64,000 nucleotides of DNA from an uncultured Actinomycetes bacterium (GTDB lineage: Bacteria; Actinomycetota; UBA4738; HRBIN12): the NCBI GenBank assembly GCA_963719165.1, contig CAVRAV010000001.1, forward strand, positions 1,433,478 to 1,497,477, given 5' to 3'. The position numbers were made by a program, and so were the translations under genes. Positions 46,822 to 55,871 of the stretch are shown here, in pieces (position 1 is the stretch's first letter; the number at the start of each line of letters is the position of its first letter). The notes beneath the pieces were generated by a model, which had not been told where the DNA came from, did no database searches, and saw only the letters and a list, made by a program, of their open reading frames with translations.

Positions 46822-47659
46822 GGAACTGTGTCCATCGATCCCGGTCGACGAAGCCGTAGTGCCCCGCCCCGGGCCAAACATGCCCTGTGCCATGAGGGAG
46901 CTCCTCGGCCACCCGCTTGGGCATCTCCGGGGAGACGATGTCGTCGGCGTCTCCATAGAAGACGTCGAAGGGCTGCTTCACGTCCTGGAGCCCGAATCCC
47001 CAATCCCATAAGGCCAGCGTCATCTCGTAGGTGCCCTCGCCGTGCTGTTGCATGCCCTGCTCGAAACTGGCTTCGAACATCTCGCGTTGGGCCGGATCGT
47101 CGAGCATCGTGGCGGCATCTGAGGGGTCGTCCTCGGTGACGGATTCCACGTAGCTGGGAACGTCCTTCAGGATCTTCCTCGACTCGCTCTTGTTGGCCCA
47201 TCGCAAGAGGTGGTGGAGCCTGTGGATCTTGGCGATCTGCTTGAGGTCCTTCATCACGAGCTGTTTCCGCATGAACGCGTCGTCGAAATCCCCTACCGGT
47301 GAGGCCAGCACCCCCCGAGAGACGCGATCGGGCAGGTGGTACGCGACGGCGAGGGCGTGCGGTGCGCCTCCCGAATGGCCCGCGACGACGAAGCCTTCGA
47401 GGCGTACGTGATCGGCCAACTGCTCGATATCCGGACCCCAGTCCACGATCTTGCGACCCGGCTGAGGCGAGGAACCGCCAACGCCGGGTTGGTCGGGAGC
47501 GATGAGCCGCACGCCCAGCGAAGCGGTCAGTCGCTCGTCTGGATTGCGGATAAGGCGCGAGTCGCCGAAACCGTGCGTGAAGATGATCGGCGTTCCCGCA
47601 GGATCGCCGTACTCATCGTAGGCGAGCGTCCGGCCATCGGCGAGCTCCATCGTTTCCAT
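46805..47659 (-). CDS. alpha/beta hydrolase fold protein
   Basis: HGFGDS...GHSGGAP nucleophile elbow. Noticeably lower GC and different codon usage than the flanks. Confidence 0.8.
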   Translation of the reverse strand: METMELADGRTLAYDEYGDPAGTPIIFTHGFGDSRLIRNPDERLTASLGVRLIAPDQPGVGGSSPQPGRKIVDWGPDIEQLADHVRLEGFVVAGHSGGAPHALAVAYHLPDRVSRGVLASPVGDFDDAFMRKQLVMKDLKQIAKIHRLHHLLRWANKSESRKILKDVPSYVESVTEDDPSDAATMLDDPAQREMFEASFEQGMQQHGEGTYEMTLALWDWGFGLQDVKQPFDVFYGDADDIVSPEMPKRVAEELPHGTGHVWPGAGHYGFVDRDRWTQFLKAVA

Positions 47660-48025
47660 CTAAGCTCCTCCCACCGACTCGAGGTTGCGGGATCACGGAC
47701 GGAGCATCCGATCCAGCATAGGCGAGAGTAGTCGTGCACAGCCCTCGCATCGCGGCCACGTATGTGGGGGCAACCGCCACGATCACGGCCATGATCACGC
47801 CGACCGTCCTCGCCCACACGGCTCCGGAAAGGACCCCGAACCCAGCGAGCAGGATGATCAACCCCAGCGCCATGTGGATCCATCCCCAAGCCGACGTGTT
47901 GAAGTGGAACACATAGTTTGGGGTCACCGCGTAGAAGTCCTTCTTGAAGAGGCGATCATCCGCAGCGAGGACGGCAAGCTCAAGACGGTGACCAACACCC
48001 ACGCCGTCGGGGCGGGCAGCGCGGC

Positions 48026-48318
48026 ATGTTCTGGGGGTTGCTCTTCGGGATCTTGGTCTTCATCCCGTTCCTGGGGATGGCCGTGGGGGCGGGCATGGGC
48101 GCGCTGATGGGCAAGATGGGCAAGACCGGCATGGACAAGCATTCCAAGACCAGGTCCGGGAGATGTTGCAGCCCGGTACCTCCGCGCTGTTCATCGTCTT
48201 CGAGAAGGTCACCGCCGACAAGGCGCTCGACGCCCTGTCGAAGTTCGGCGGTACCGTCCTGAAGACCTCGCTGTCGGACGAGGCCGCCGCGGAGATCAAC
48301 AAGGAACTGCACGGCTAA
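48026..48318 (+). pseudogene. DUF1269-like small membrane protein gene, frameshifted at ...gacaagcattccaag...
   Basis: MFWGLLFGILVFIPFLGMAVGAGMGALMGKMGKTGMDKH in one frame. It continues as FQDQVREMLQPGTSALFIVFEKVTADKALDALSKFGGTVLKTSLSDEAAAEINKELHG in the +1 frame. Upstream remnants (...EEAIIRSEDGKLKTVTNTHAVGAG) are in a third frame. Confidence 0.45.
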
Positions 48319-48446
48319 CTCGACCCCCAAAGGTCCTCCGCATCGGCTAGCGAGAAGATCCCGGCGCCGACCATCGCCCGACACCGATGAACGCGGCTTG
48401 GCGGACGGTGTAGCGCCGCTCGGCCGGCGAGGAGGTGGAGGTCGAT

Positions 48447-51206
48447 TCAGCCACCGTCGTTCACCGCCACGAGGCTGCCGGCTGCCTCCCGTTTTCGCGA
48501 CCGGGCCAACCGGACGGTCTTGTCGATCCAGACGATCCCCGGAGCGATCAACGACAGCAGCAACACGGTGCCCCATTGCTTCCCCGAGAGCGATACCGTG
48601 TCGAGCAAGCGTTGGAGCATGCCCAGCTCGACGGCCGCCCACGTGAGCGCCCACCCCAGGATGATCCACCCGAAGTACGGGAAGATCGGTGACGACCACA
48701 CGGGCTCCCGCTCCCTCCGCATCACCACCCCGAAGTTCACCGCGCTCATGGCCACGATGGCGAAGGCCATCGTCATCGATATCGAGGGGAGCGTGGTGCT
48801 CGGCTCGTCGGGCCCCCACTCGAGCACCGCGAGCGCACTGGCCGCGACCGCGAAGCCACTGATCGCCCATCGCACGATCTGTGGGCCGGTGACGATCTTC
48901 GTCCCGGGCCTGCGTGGTGGTCGCTGCATGACGCTGGGATCGGGGACGTCGGCGATGAACCCGATCACGACGGTGACGACGACGAAGAACTTGCAGAACA
49001 ACAGCTGCATCGGGAACAGCGCGACGCCGCCGTTGATGTTGAGGATCGTGGCGAGCAGCATCAGCTGCAGCACCGACGAGAGGATCGTGAGCTGCAGTTT
49101 CACGTACGACGTGATCCGCCGGTAGATGTCCCGGCCCAGGTCGATCGCCTTGACGAGCGTGGCGAAGTTGTCGTCGGTGAGCACGATCTTCGCGGCTTGC
49201 TGCGTCACCTCCGAGCCGCTCCCCATCGCCACGCCGATGTCCGCCTGCTTGAGGGCCGCGGCGTCGTTCACGGCGTCCCCGGTCATCGCGACCACGTTGC
49301 CCGCCTCCTGCATCAGGCGAGCGAGCCGGACCTTATCCTCGGGGGCCACTCGCCCGAAGACGTGGAGCTCCGGGAGGCGCTCGACGACCTCGGCGTCCGG
49401 GAGGTGCGACAGGTCGGTCCCCGTGATCACGCCGGGCCCGAGACCGAGCTGATCGGCGATCGCGCGCGCCGTGACCGTGTGGTCGCCCGTGATCATCCGG
49501 ACGTCGACGCCGGCGCTCAGGGCGATCCGCACCGCATCCTTGGCCTCCGCGCGGAGGGGGTCGATGATCCCGACCAGCGCGACCAGGACCAGGTCCGAGA
49601 CGGCTTCCATCGGGTCGTCGATCGCCGCCGTCATCGCCGAGTCGTCGAGGTCGCGGGCGGCGAACGCGAGCACACGCAGCCCCCGCTCCGAGAGCTGCTG
49701 GTTCGCGGCAAGGATCTCGTCGCGGACCTCGTCGATCGGGGTCGTCTCCCCGTGCCAGAGCGCCCGGTCGCACCGCTCGATGACGACGTCGGGCGCGCCC
49801 TTGACGCTCATGAAGTGTGGGTGCTGGATGATTCCGCTCACGAGATGCTCCGGGACGTCGTGGAGCGTGGCCATGAACTTGTATCGGGAATCGAACGGCA
49901 CCTCCGCGCGGCGCGGGATCGTCCGCCGCGTCTCCTCCGCGTCGACCCCGGTCTTGGCGGCGAGCACCACGAGGGCGGCCTCCGTGGGGTCGCCGATGAT
50001 CGATCCGTCGTCCGCCACGGTCGCGTCCGTGCACAGGCACAGGCCGAGCGACAGTCGCCGGAAGTCCGGCGATGGCTGGCCTCCCGCTGCGAGGACCGCA
50101 CCCGTCTTCTGGTAGCCGCCGCCCTCGATCGTGTACCAGTCGCCCCCGGTGAGCATCGAGGTGGCCGTCATCGCGTTCATCGTGAGCGTCCCGGTCTTGT
50201 CGCTGTTGATGACGGTCGTGCCGCCGAGCGTCTCGACGTCGGTCAGCGTCTTGACGACCGCCTTCGACTCGGCCAGGCGTTGCGCACCCGACGACAGCAT
50301 CGCCTGCACGAACGTGGGGAGTCCGACCGGGATCGATGCGATCGCGGTCGAGATGCACAGCAGCAGCAGGGTGTCTCGATCCTGGCCCCGCGCGATGCCC
50401 ACGATCGCGATCACCGCCACGGCCGACCAGGCGAGGACGCCGAAGACCTTGGTCAGTCCGTCCAGCTCCCGCTGGAGCGGGGAGCGTGAGCGCTTCGTCG
50501 CGCTGACCATGTCCGCGATGCGGCCCATCTGCGTCGACTGTCCGGTCGCCGTGACGATGGTGGAGGCGGAGCCGCGGGTGACCTGCGTGTTCTGGAACAC
50601 CATGTCCGTGCGGTCGCCGAGGGCGACGTCGTCGCCGGCGATCGGGGTCGTGTCCTTGGGCACGGGTGCGCTCTCCCCGGTGAGGGCCGCTTCCTGGACC
50701 TCGACCGTCGCCGCGGAGACGAGCCGCCCGTCGGCCGGAACCAGATCACCAGCCTCGAGCAGCACGACGTCGCCCGGCACGAGCTCCCGGGAGTCGATCT
50801 CCTCGGTGCCGGCCGATCGCCGGACGCGGGCGTGAGGCACCTGGAGCTGCGAGAGTGCCTCGACGCTGGCTCGGGCCTTCAGCTCCTGGCTCGACCCCAT
50901 GATGACGTTGAACGACACGAGACCGAGCACGAAGAGCCCGGTGGCCACCTGACCGATCACGAAGCTGGCCACGGCGACGATCAACAACATGATGTTCATG
51001 GGGTTCGAGAGCTGCCCGCGCGCCACTGCCCAGACGCTCGGCGCCGGCTCCGTCGGCAGCTCGTTGGGCCCGTACGTGGCGCGTCGTCGCGCGACCTCCT
51101 CGGCGTTCAGCCCTCGTTCGGGATCCGTCACCAACCGTGTGGCTACCTCGGCTGCCGAAAGGGCATGCCAAGGGATGCGTTCCGACGCTTCCTCGGTCCT
51201 GCTCAT
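48447..51206 (-). CDS. cation-transporting P-type ATPase (P2-type, Ca2+/Mg2+-ATPase-like)
   Basis: DKTGTLT phosphorylation site, TGDAVNDAAALKQADIGVAMG hinge, 10 TM. 919 aa. Confidence 0.95.
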   Translation of the reverse strand: MSRTEEASERIPWHALSAAEVATRLVTDPERGLNAEEVARRRATYGPNELPTEPAPSVWAVARGQLSNPMNIMLLIVAVASFVIGQVATGLFVLGLVSFNVIMGSSQELKARASVEALSQLQVPHARVRRSAGTEEIDSRELVPGDVVLLEAGDLVPADGRLVSAATVEVQEAALTGESAPVPKDTTPIAGDDVALGDRTDMVFQNTQVTRGSASTIVTATGQSTQMGRIADMVSATKRSRSPLQRELDGLTKVFGVLAWSAVAVIAIVGIARGQDRDTLLLLCISTAIASIPVGLPTFVQAMLSSGAQRLAESKAVVKTLTDVETLGGTTVINSDKTGTLTMNAMTATSMLTGGDWYTIEGGGYQKTGAVLAAGGQPSPDFRRLSLGLCLCTDATVADDGSIIGDPTEAALVVLAAKTGVDAEETRRTIPRRAEVPFDSRYKFMATLHDVPEHLVSGIIQHPHFMSVKGAPDVVIERCDRALWHGETTPIDEVRDEILAANQQLSERGLRVLAFAARDLDDSAMTAAIDDPMEAVSDLVLVALVGIIDPLRAEAKDAVRIALSAGVDVRMITGDHTVTARAIADQLGLGPGVITGTDLSHLPDAEVVERLPELHVFGRVAPEDKVRLARLMQEAGNVVAMTGDAVNDAAALKQADIGVAMGSGSEVTQQAAKIVLTDDNFATLVKAIDLGRDIYRRITSYVKLQLTILSSVLQLMLLATILNINGGVALFPMQLLFCKFFVVVTVVIGFIADVPDPSVMQRPPRRPGTKIVTGPQIVRWAISGFAVAASALAVLEWGPDEPSTTLPSISMTMAFAIVAMSAVNFGVVMRREREPVWSSPIFPYFGWIILGWALTWAAVELGMLQRLLDTVSLSGKQWGTVLLLSLIAPGIVWIDKTVRLARSRKREAAGSLVAVNDGG

Positions 51207-51451
51207 CTCTCTGTCCTCCGTGCGGATCGGTCGACGAGTTCATCCTCACGCGGCCTGGGTACATCTGTCCGGGTGAGGTACTCGTAGCGACGCTTGACGA
51301 ACAAGCCCTGGTCCATCCGTCGGGAACGTATCGAGTCTGCCCACGCCACCGCAAACGGAGCCGAAGCGCATTCACGGCGCTGGTGCTCCTCGCGTTCGCG
51401 ATTGGGCGCGGCATAGAGTGGCAACGTCGTTTCAAGGGAAGGGAGGTACCC

Positions 51452-51877
51452 ATGAACGTTCAGGATGGGATCGGAAGCGCGCCTGGGGTGGATGCGGGCC
51501 GTCGACCGTTCGGCCAGCTCGTGGCATCGGTCGTCGGCGGGTTCGGCACCCTCGCACGCCAGCACCTCGATCTGGCCAAGATCGAGGCTGCGGAGGCCGC
51601 AGCGGTCCGAGGCAAGGGTGCCGGGATGATGGCGGGGGCGGCGGTCGCCGCGATGTACGCGGTCGGTTTCATCGCCGCCGCAGGGGCGGCCGCGCTCGCC
51701 TTGGTGTTGCCGGTGTGGGCGGCCATCCTGATCGTGGCCGCCGTAATGCTCGTCGTCGCGTGGGTGCTCGTGATGCTCGGGCGTCGCACGATCAAGTCAG
51801 CTCCCGCGCCGAGCGAGCGAACCCAGGAAAGCCTGAAGGAGGACATTCGATGGCTGAAGCAGCAGATCAAAAGGTGA
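51452..51877 (+). CDS. Holin-X / phage holin family protein (DUF1469-like, actinobacterial)
   Basis: LARQHLDLAKIEAAEAAAVRGKGAGMMAGAAVAAMYAVGFIAAAGAAALALVLPVWAAILIVAAVMLVVAWVLVMLGRR, then SLKEDIRWLKQQ. This matches the Holin-X architecture: amphipathic helix, two TM, coiled C-terminus. Confidence 0.7.
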   Translation: MNVQDGIGSAPGVDAGRRPFGQLVASVVGGFGTLARQHLDLAKIEAAEAAAVRGKGAGMMAGAAVAAMYAVGFIAAAGAAALALVLPVWAAILIVAAVMLVVAWVLVMLGRRTIKSAPAPSERTQESLKEDIRWLKQQIKR

Positions 51878-52092
51878 CGGAGATCGGCGACAGCCGGCGT
51901 CAGCTCGAGACCGACCTCGTCGAGCTCGAGGCGCGTCTGCCGACCTCGCTGCGGTCGTCGAAAGCCATGGCCGGCCTCCTCGTGGGCAGTGGCGCCGTCG
52001 CCGCACTGGTCCTGCGCAAGCGCCGCTCGAAGCGCTCGGCCTCGCCTCCCGCCGCCGAGGTCGTGGTACGCATCGTGCGCGACGACCTCTAG
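51850..52092 (+). CDS. DUF3618-like small protein, the usual Holin-X partner
   Basis: MAEAADQKVTEIGDSRRQLETDLVELEARL..., then a TM segment AMAGLLVGSGAVAALVL and a basic tail. Overlaps the holin 3' end. Confidence 0.55.
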   Translation: MAEAADQKVTEIGDSRRQLETDLVELEARLPTSLRSSKAMAGLLVGSGAVAALVLRKRRSKRSASPPAAEVVVRIVRDDL

Positions 52093-52264
52093 CCCCGCGG
52101 CCGTCGCCTCGGCGCTGAAGGACTGCTCCGCGTCGTGGGAGTGAGGCTCGTCAGAACGGCGTCCGGACATGCTGCAAGGGCAGATCCTGAACGGCTTCCG
52201 CCGGACGTGGTGGCTACACTAGGCCGTCCTCGGCGATGTCCCCGGCCTCCCGGGCTTCCACGAC

Positions 52265-52651
52265 ATGGCGAGCCATCCCGACGCCGCGGCGTCCCCCGGG
52301 CTCGTGCCGTTCCGGTTCGATGCGCCGCTGATCTTCGCGAACGCACGAACCTTCAGCGAGCAGATCCGTGAGCTCGCGAACGGACCGGGGGTCCGTTGGA
52401 TCGTGATCGCCGCAGAGCCGATCACGGATGTCGACACCACCGCCGCCGATATACTCGAGGACCTCGACGAGTGGTTGAATGCCCATGGCATCTCCCTCGT
52501 CTTCGCGGAGATGAAGGACCCGGTACGCGGCAAGATCACCCGGTACGAGCTCACTCGGACGATCGATCCGACCCACTTCGACCCCACGATCCACGCCGTC
52601 GTGACCGCCTACTACGACCTGGATGTCGGGACGCCCGATCCCGCGCCCTGA
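52265..52651 (+). pseudogene. SulP-type STAS domain remnant (C-terminal fragment of a sulfate permease family transporter), or a stand-alone STAS protein
   Basis: LVPFRFDAPLIFANARTFSEQIREL...WIVIAAEPITDVDTTAADILEDLDEWLNAHGISLVFAEMKDPVRGKITRYEL matches the SulP C-terminal STAS. No transmembrane part is present upstream. Confidence 0.5.
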
Positions 52652-52964
52652 CGGGTAGCCATCCGCCGATCGGTCCGCCGCCGCCTGCACTACCCGAAGC
52701 CAGGTGCGTGGTCCCCCTCGGAGCCGCGACTCCGTCTCATCGCCCACTCGTCAGATGGATGGCGACGTCGAACACTCGAGTCAACGTCGTCCTTCCCGCG
52801 CGATCACCGGGCCCGAGGTTCGGTCCAGCCTCATCTATGGCTGAGTCCACCGGGGAACGTAGACGGTCCGTCTGTGCATCGCAAGAGCGGGTAGCCGACC
52901 CACCCGTCATGCCGGTCCCCCGAAGCCAGCTCGATGCTCACTACACTCAAGGAGACAAAGCGAG

Positions 52965-53432
52965 GTGTTCTCCATGGGGTCGAACGTTCAGGCGGATGTG
53001 CCGATGAGGCCGGATGTGGCGACGTACCCCGGCAGGATACTCGCGGCGATCTCGGCCGGCATCGCGTTCGTCATGGTCGTCGTCTATCTCCTCGTGATCC
53101 GAAGCCAGGGCGACGGCATGGGCATTCGCGTGTTCGTGGTTTCGTCCTGCATCGCAGCCGCCGGCGCGTGCGCAGCGGGGGCGTCTTGGTCCTCCTCCCC
53201 GCAACGTCGACTCGTATTGATGGCTGCGGCGGCGGGAGGGCTGATATCGCTCGGCATCATCGGGATGTGGTCCATCGGGTTCCCCCTGTTCGTCGCCGGG
53301 GTACTGATGACGGTCGGGTCGCTGCGGATGGCACCTTCGGTAGAACGCTCACGAGGCTCCCGTCTCCGGGCACTGGTAGCCGGAATCATGGCGTTCCTGC
53401 TGCCCGTGGCGATCCTGTTCACTCCCCGCTAG
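52965..53432 (+). CDS. hypothetical 4-TM membrane protein
   Basis: Hydrophobic segments with coherent codon usage. No family recognised. Confidence 0.45.
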   Translation: MFSMGSNVQADVPMRPDVATYPGRILAAISAGIAFVMVVVYLLVIRSQGDGMGIRVFVVSSCIAAAGACAAGASWSSSPQRRLVLMAAAAGGLISLGIIGMWSIGFPLFVAGVLMTVGSLRMAPSVERSRGSRLRALVAGIMAFLLPVAILFTPR

Positions 53433-53719
53433 ACCCGCATCCCTGGTCGGTGAGCCTTCGGATCGATCGACTCTGAGGCCCTCGCAGGTGCTAGGCCATC
53501 GGGTTCCCGCTCCGTGGGGGCGACGCAGACGCTACGGCTCAGCCGGGACCGTGCGTTAACGGCGGCGGTCCGCACACGAGCGAATCGGGTCCTCGGTAGG
53601 CAGGGGCAGGTGCGCAGGCTCGGAGGCCGACCGGGATGATCAACCGGTATCGCGCCTCACCGACGTGGTAGTTCAACGCGACACCCTCGAACGTGCCCCG
53701 CCCGCCGCCCTCCGCTACC

Positions 53720-54140
53720 AGCCCGATGAATAGCTGTAAGGGATGCGGCTCCGCGTGTCCGCCTGGGGGCACGGGGAACCCCTCGAGCGGCTCATAGGGT
53801 TGGGGAACGGTGGCGGGTACGTTGCCGCGCCATCTCTCTTATCGATCGAGCGTCCCTCGAAGAACGCGACAACGGTACCGACGAGGTGAATCTGATCGGT
53901 GCTGTTCACCAATTCCACGGAGTCGAGAACCGCGTCTTCGTCGCCACGGTTGCGATCATGACGTCTGAGAACGTGAATGGGTGCCTGGTGGAGACCAACC
54001 TGGACGTCGCGTAGGCGTCCGCCCGGGCTCCTTCGCTCGCGGCGAGAGGGCCCGTTCCGCTCGACGACGAGCAGCTGATCGGAAGCAGGGCCAACAGCAC
54101 CCAAACGACCAGGGCGTGTTGGCGTTCATGACCCATTCGG
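53720..54140 (-). pseudogene. possible lipoprotein gene remnant split over two frames
   Basis: Frame 1: MGHERQHALVVWVLLALLPISCSSSSGTGP... (a lipobox). Frame 2: ...DAVLDSVELVNSTDQIHLVGTVVAFFEGRSIDKRDG. Confidence 0.25.
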
Positions 54141-54596
54141 CTTCCGCTTGTTCCCGCTCGGATCGGTCCGCGGGACACGGACGATCTAGTAGAAGTCCTC
54201 TCCATCGGCGGATTCAAACACGCGGAACTCGGGCCCGTTCACCCGCCGAATCACGGTCGCGCTCCTCACAGCCAGGAGTCAGGGACATCGAACAGACGCG
54301 CCACTGACCGACAAGGATCGAGGAGAGCGGCGAGCCTGGGGCCGCAGCTATCATGGTCGCGATGAGCATCAGCATGCATGCGAGCATCCTGCCGCGCACC
54401 GATCTGGCCAGGGCGGCCGCACCCTCGGCCTCCTCGCTACCAAGGGCGCCCTCGAGGGCCAACGAGGAGCGAGGCCGTCGTCGTCCAGGGAGCGCATGGA
54501 GCAGGCGTGGGGTTCGCCCACTGCGCCGGCCGCGACCGCGCCGGCAGCCTGAGCCGCGTCAACGAGCGCGGTAACGTCCGAAGGAGGCGCCTCGAG

Positions 54597-55090
54597 ATGG
54601 CTGAGAAGAAGCCAGCGAAGAAGACCGCCGCACGGAAGTCAACGAAGCGCACCACCGCCACCACCAAGAAATCGGCGGGATTCTCGGACGAAGAACGAGC
54701 GGCGATGAAGGCTCGTGCCCAGGAGATGAAGGCGGAAGCGCGCGCCAAGAAGAACCGGGGGGAGGGGAACGCGCCGCGGTCGCGGCGATCGCCGCGATGT
54801 CGGAACCGGATCGCTCCATGGCCAAGCGGCTCCATGCGATCGTCCAATCCAGCGCGCCCGACCTCTGGCCGAAGACCTGGTACGGGATGCCGGCGTATGC
54901 CAAGGACGGCAAGGTCGTCTGCTTCTTCAAGAGCGCCGAGAAGTTCAGCTCGCGCTACGCGACGTTCGGCTTCGAGGAGGCGGCCAACCTCGACGAGGGC
55001 GCGATGTGGCCGACCTCCTATGCGCTGAAGGAGCTGACCGCAACCGATGAGAAGAAGATCGCCGCCCTCATAAAGAAGGCGGCGAGCTAA
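54597..55090 (+). pseudogene. DUF1801 domain protein gene with a Lys-rich N-terminus, frameshifted inside a G6 homopolymer (~54755-54760)
   Basis: [25 protein letters not shown]...AKKNRGEG in the first frame. It continues in the +2 frame as ...[88 protein letters not shown]. Confidence 0.55.
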
Positions 55091-55225
55091 GCCCCAGCTC
55101 CTGAACCTGCACGGCGCTCCGCTGCCCACGACCGAGCTGCTTCGCTCCCGCTCGGTGCTCGGCAGGTCCGTGCCCTACCCCGGGCGGCCTGTTTCCCGTC
55201 CGGCGGTGGCGGCCTCCGTCGCTTC

Positions 55226-55870
55226 CTACCGGGTTCTCTCGGGGAGCGTCGAGGCGCCGACGTTGGCATCGAGCCAGGCACGGAGCGGCCTCGATGCCTT
55301 GAGGAACTCCACCACCCTGTCCTTCGCCCGGGCGGTCCCGAGCCAGGCGCCCACCGGCCACGAACGCCACGCGACGATGCCCTTGTACCGCAGGAGCTCG
55401 ACCCGCGGGTGGTCCTTCGCGTAACCGCGCGGTGCCGTCTTCAACTCGCCGTGCGCCATGATCTCCGCGTCCGAGGCCCGCGCCTTCGCGACCACCGACG
55501 CCAGCTTCTTACCGGATCGATCGTCGTCCACAGCCTCCCGGTAACGCTCGAGCTGATCGGGAGCCATCTCCCACATGCCGCATCCGGCCGCGAGTCCGCG
55601 TGCATCGAGCTGGACGTAGCCCTCGCCGAGCATGGCCGCGATGTTCGTCTTGTACGGCGACTTGTCGCGGCTGAACCGCAGGTCCCGGTAGGGCCGGAAG
55701 ATGCGGCCCTCGCCCCACTGGGATTCCAGGTCGGCGAGCAACGCCTCCATCGGCGCGCGCACCGCGGTCTCGTACACATCCTTGTGCCGTTGCCAGTACG
55801 GCTTGGAGTTGTCGGCTTCGAGACCCTCGAAGAACTCGAGGGCCTCGGCGGGCCAGCCCCTGAACGCCAT
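55226..55870 (-). CDS. DUF2461 (TIGR02453) family protein
   Basis: FFEGLEADNSKPYW...RIFRPYRDLRFSRDKSPYKT hallmark. Confidence 0.75.
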   Translation of the reverse strand: MAFRGWPAEALEFFEGLEADNSKPYWQRHKDVYETAVRAPMEALLADLESQWGEGRIFRPYRDLRFSRDKSPYKTNIAAMLGEGYVQLDARGLAAGCGMWEMAPDQLERYREAVDDDRSGKKLASVVAKARASDAEIMAHGELKTAPRGYAKDHPRVELLRYKGIVAWRSWPVGAWLGTARAKDRVVEFLKASRPLRAWLDANVGASTLPERTR

Positions 55871-55871
55871 C

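Noticed and set aside
51207-51451. possible M-box (Mg2+) riboswitch in the long leader of the P-type ATPase gene
   Set aside because: The leader is long and has imperfect inverted repeats, but I could not recognise the conserved M-box core by eye. An Infernal scan with RF00380 would be decisive.
52214-52747. 177-aa minus ORF
   Set aside because: Antisense to the STAS-domain ORF. G/R/D-rich with no recognisable domain.
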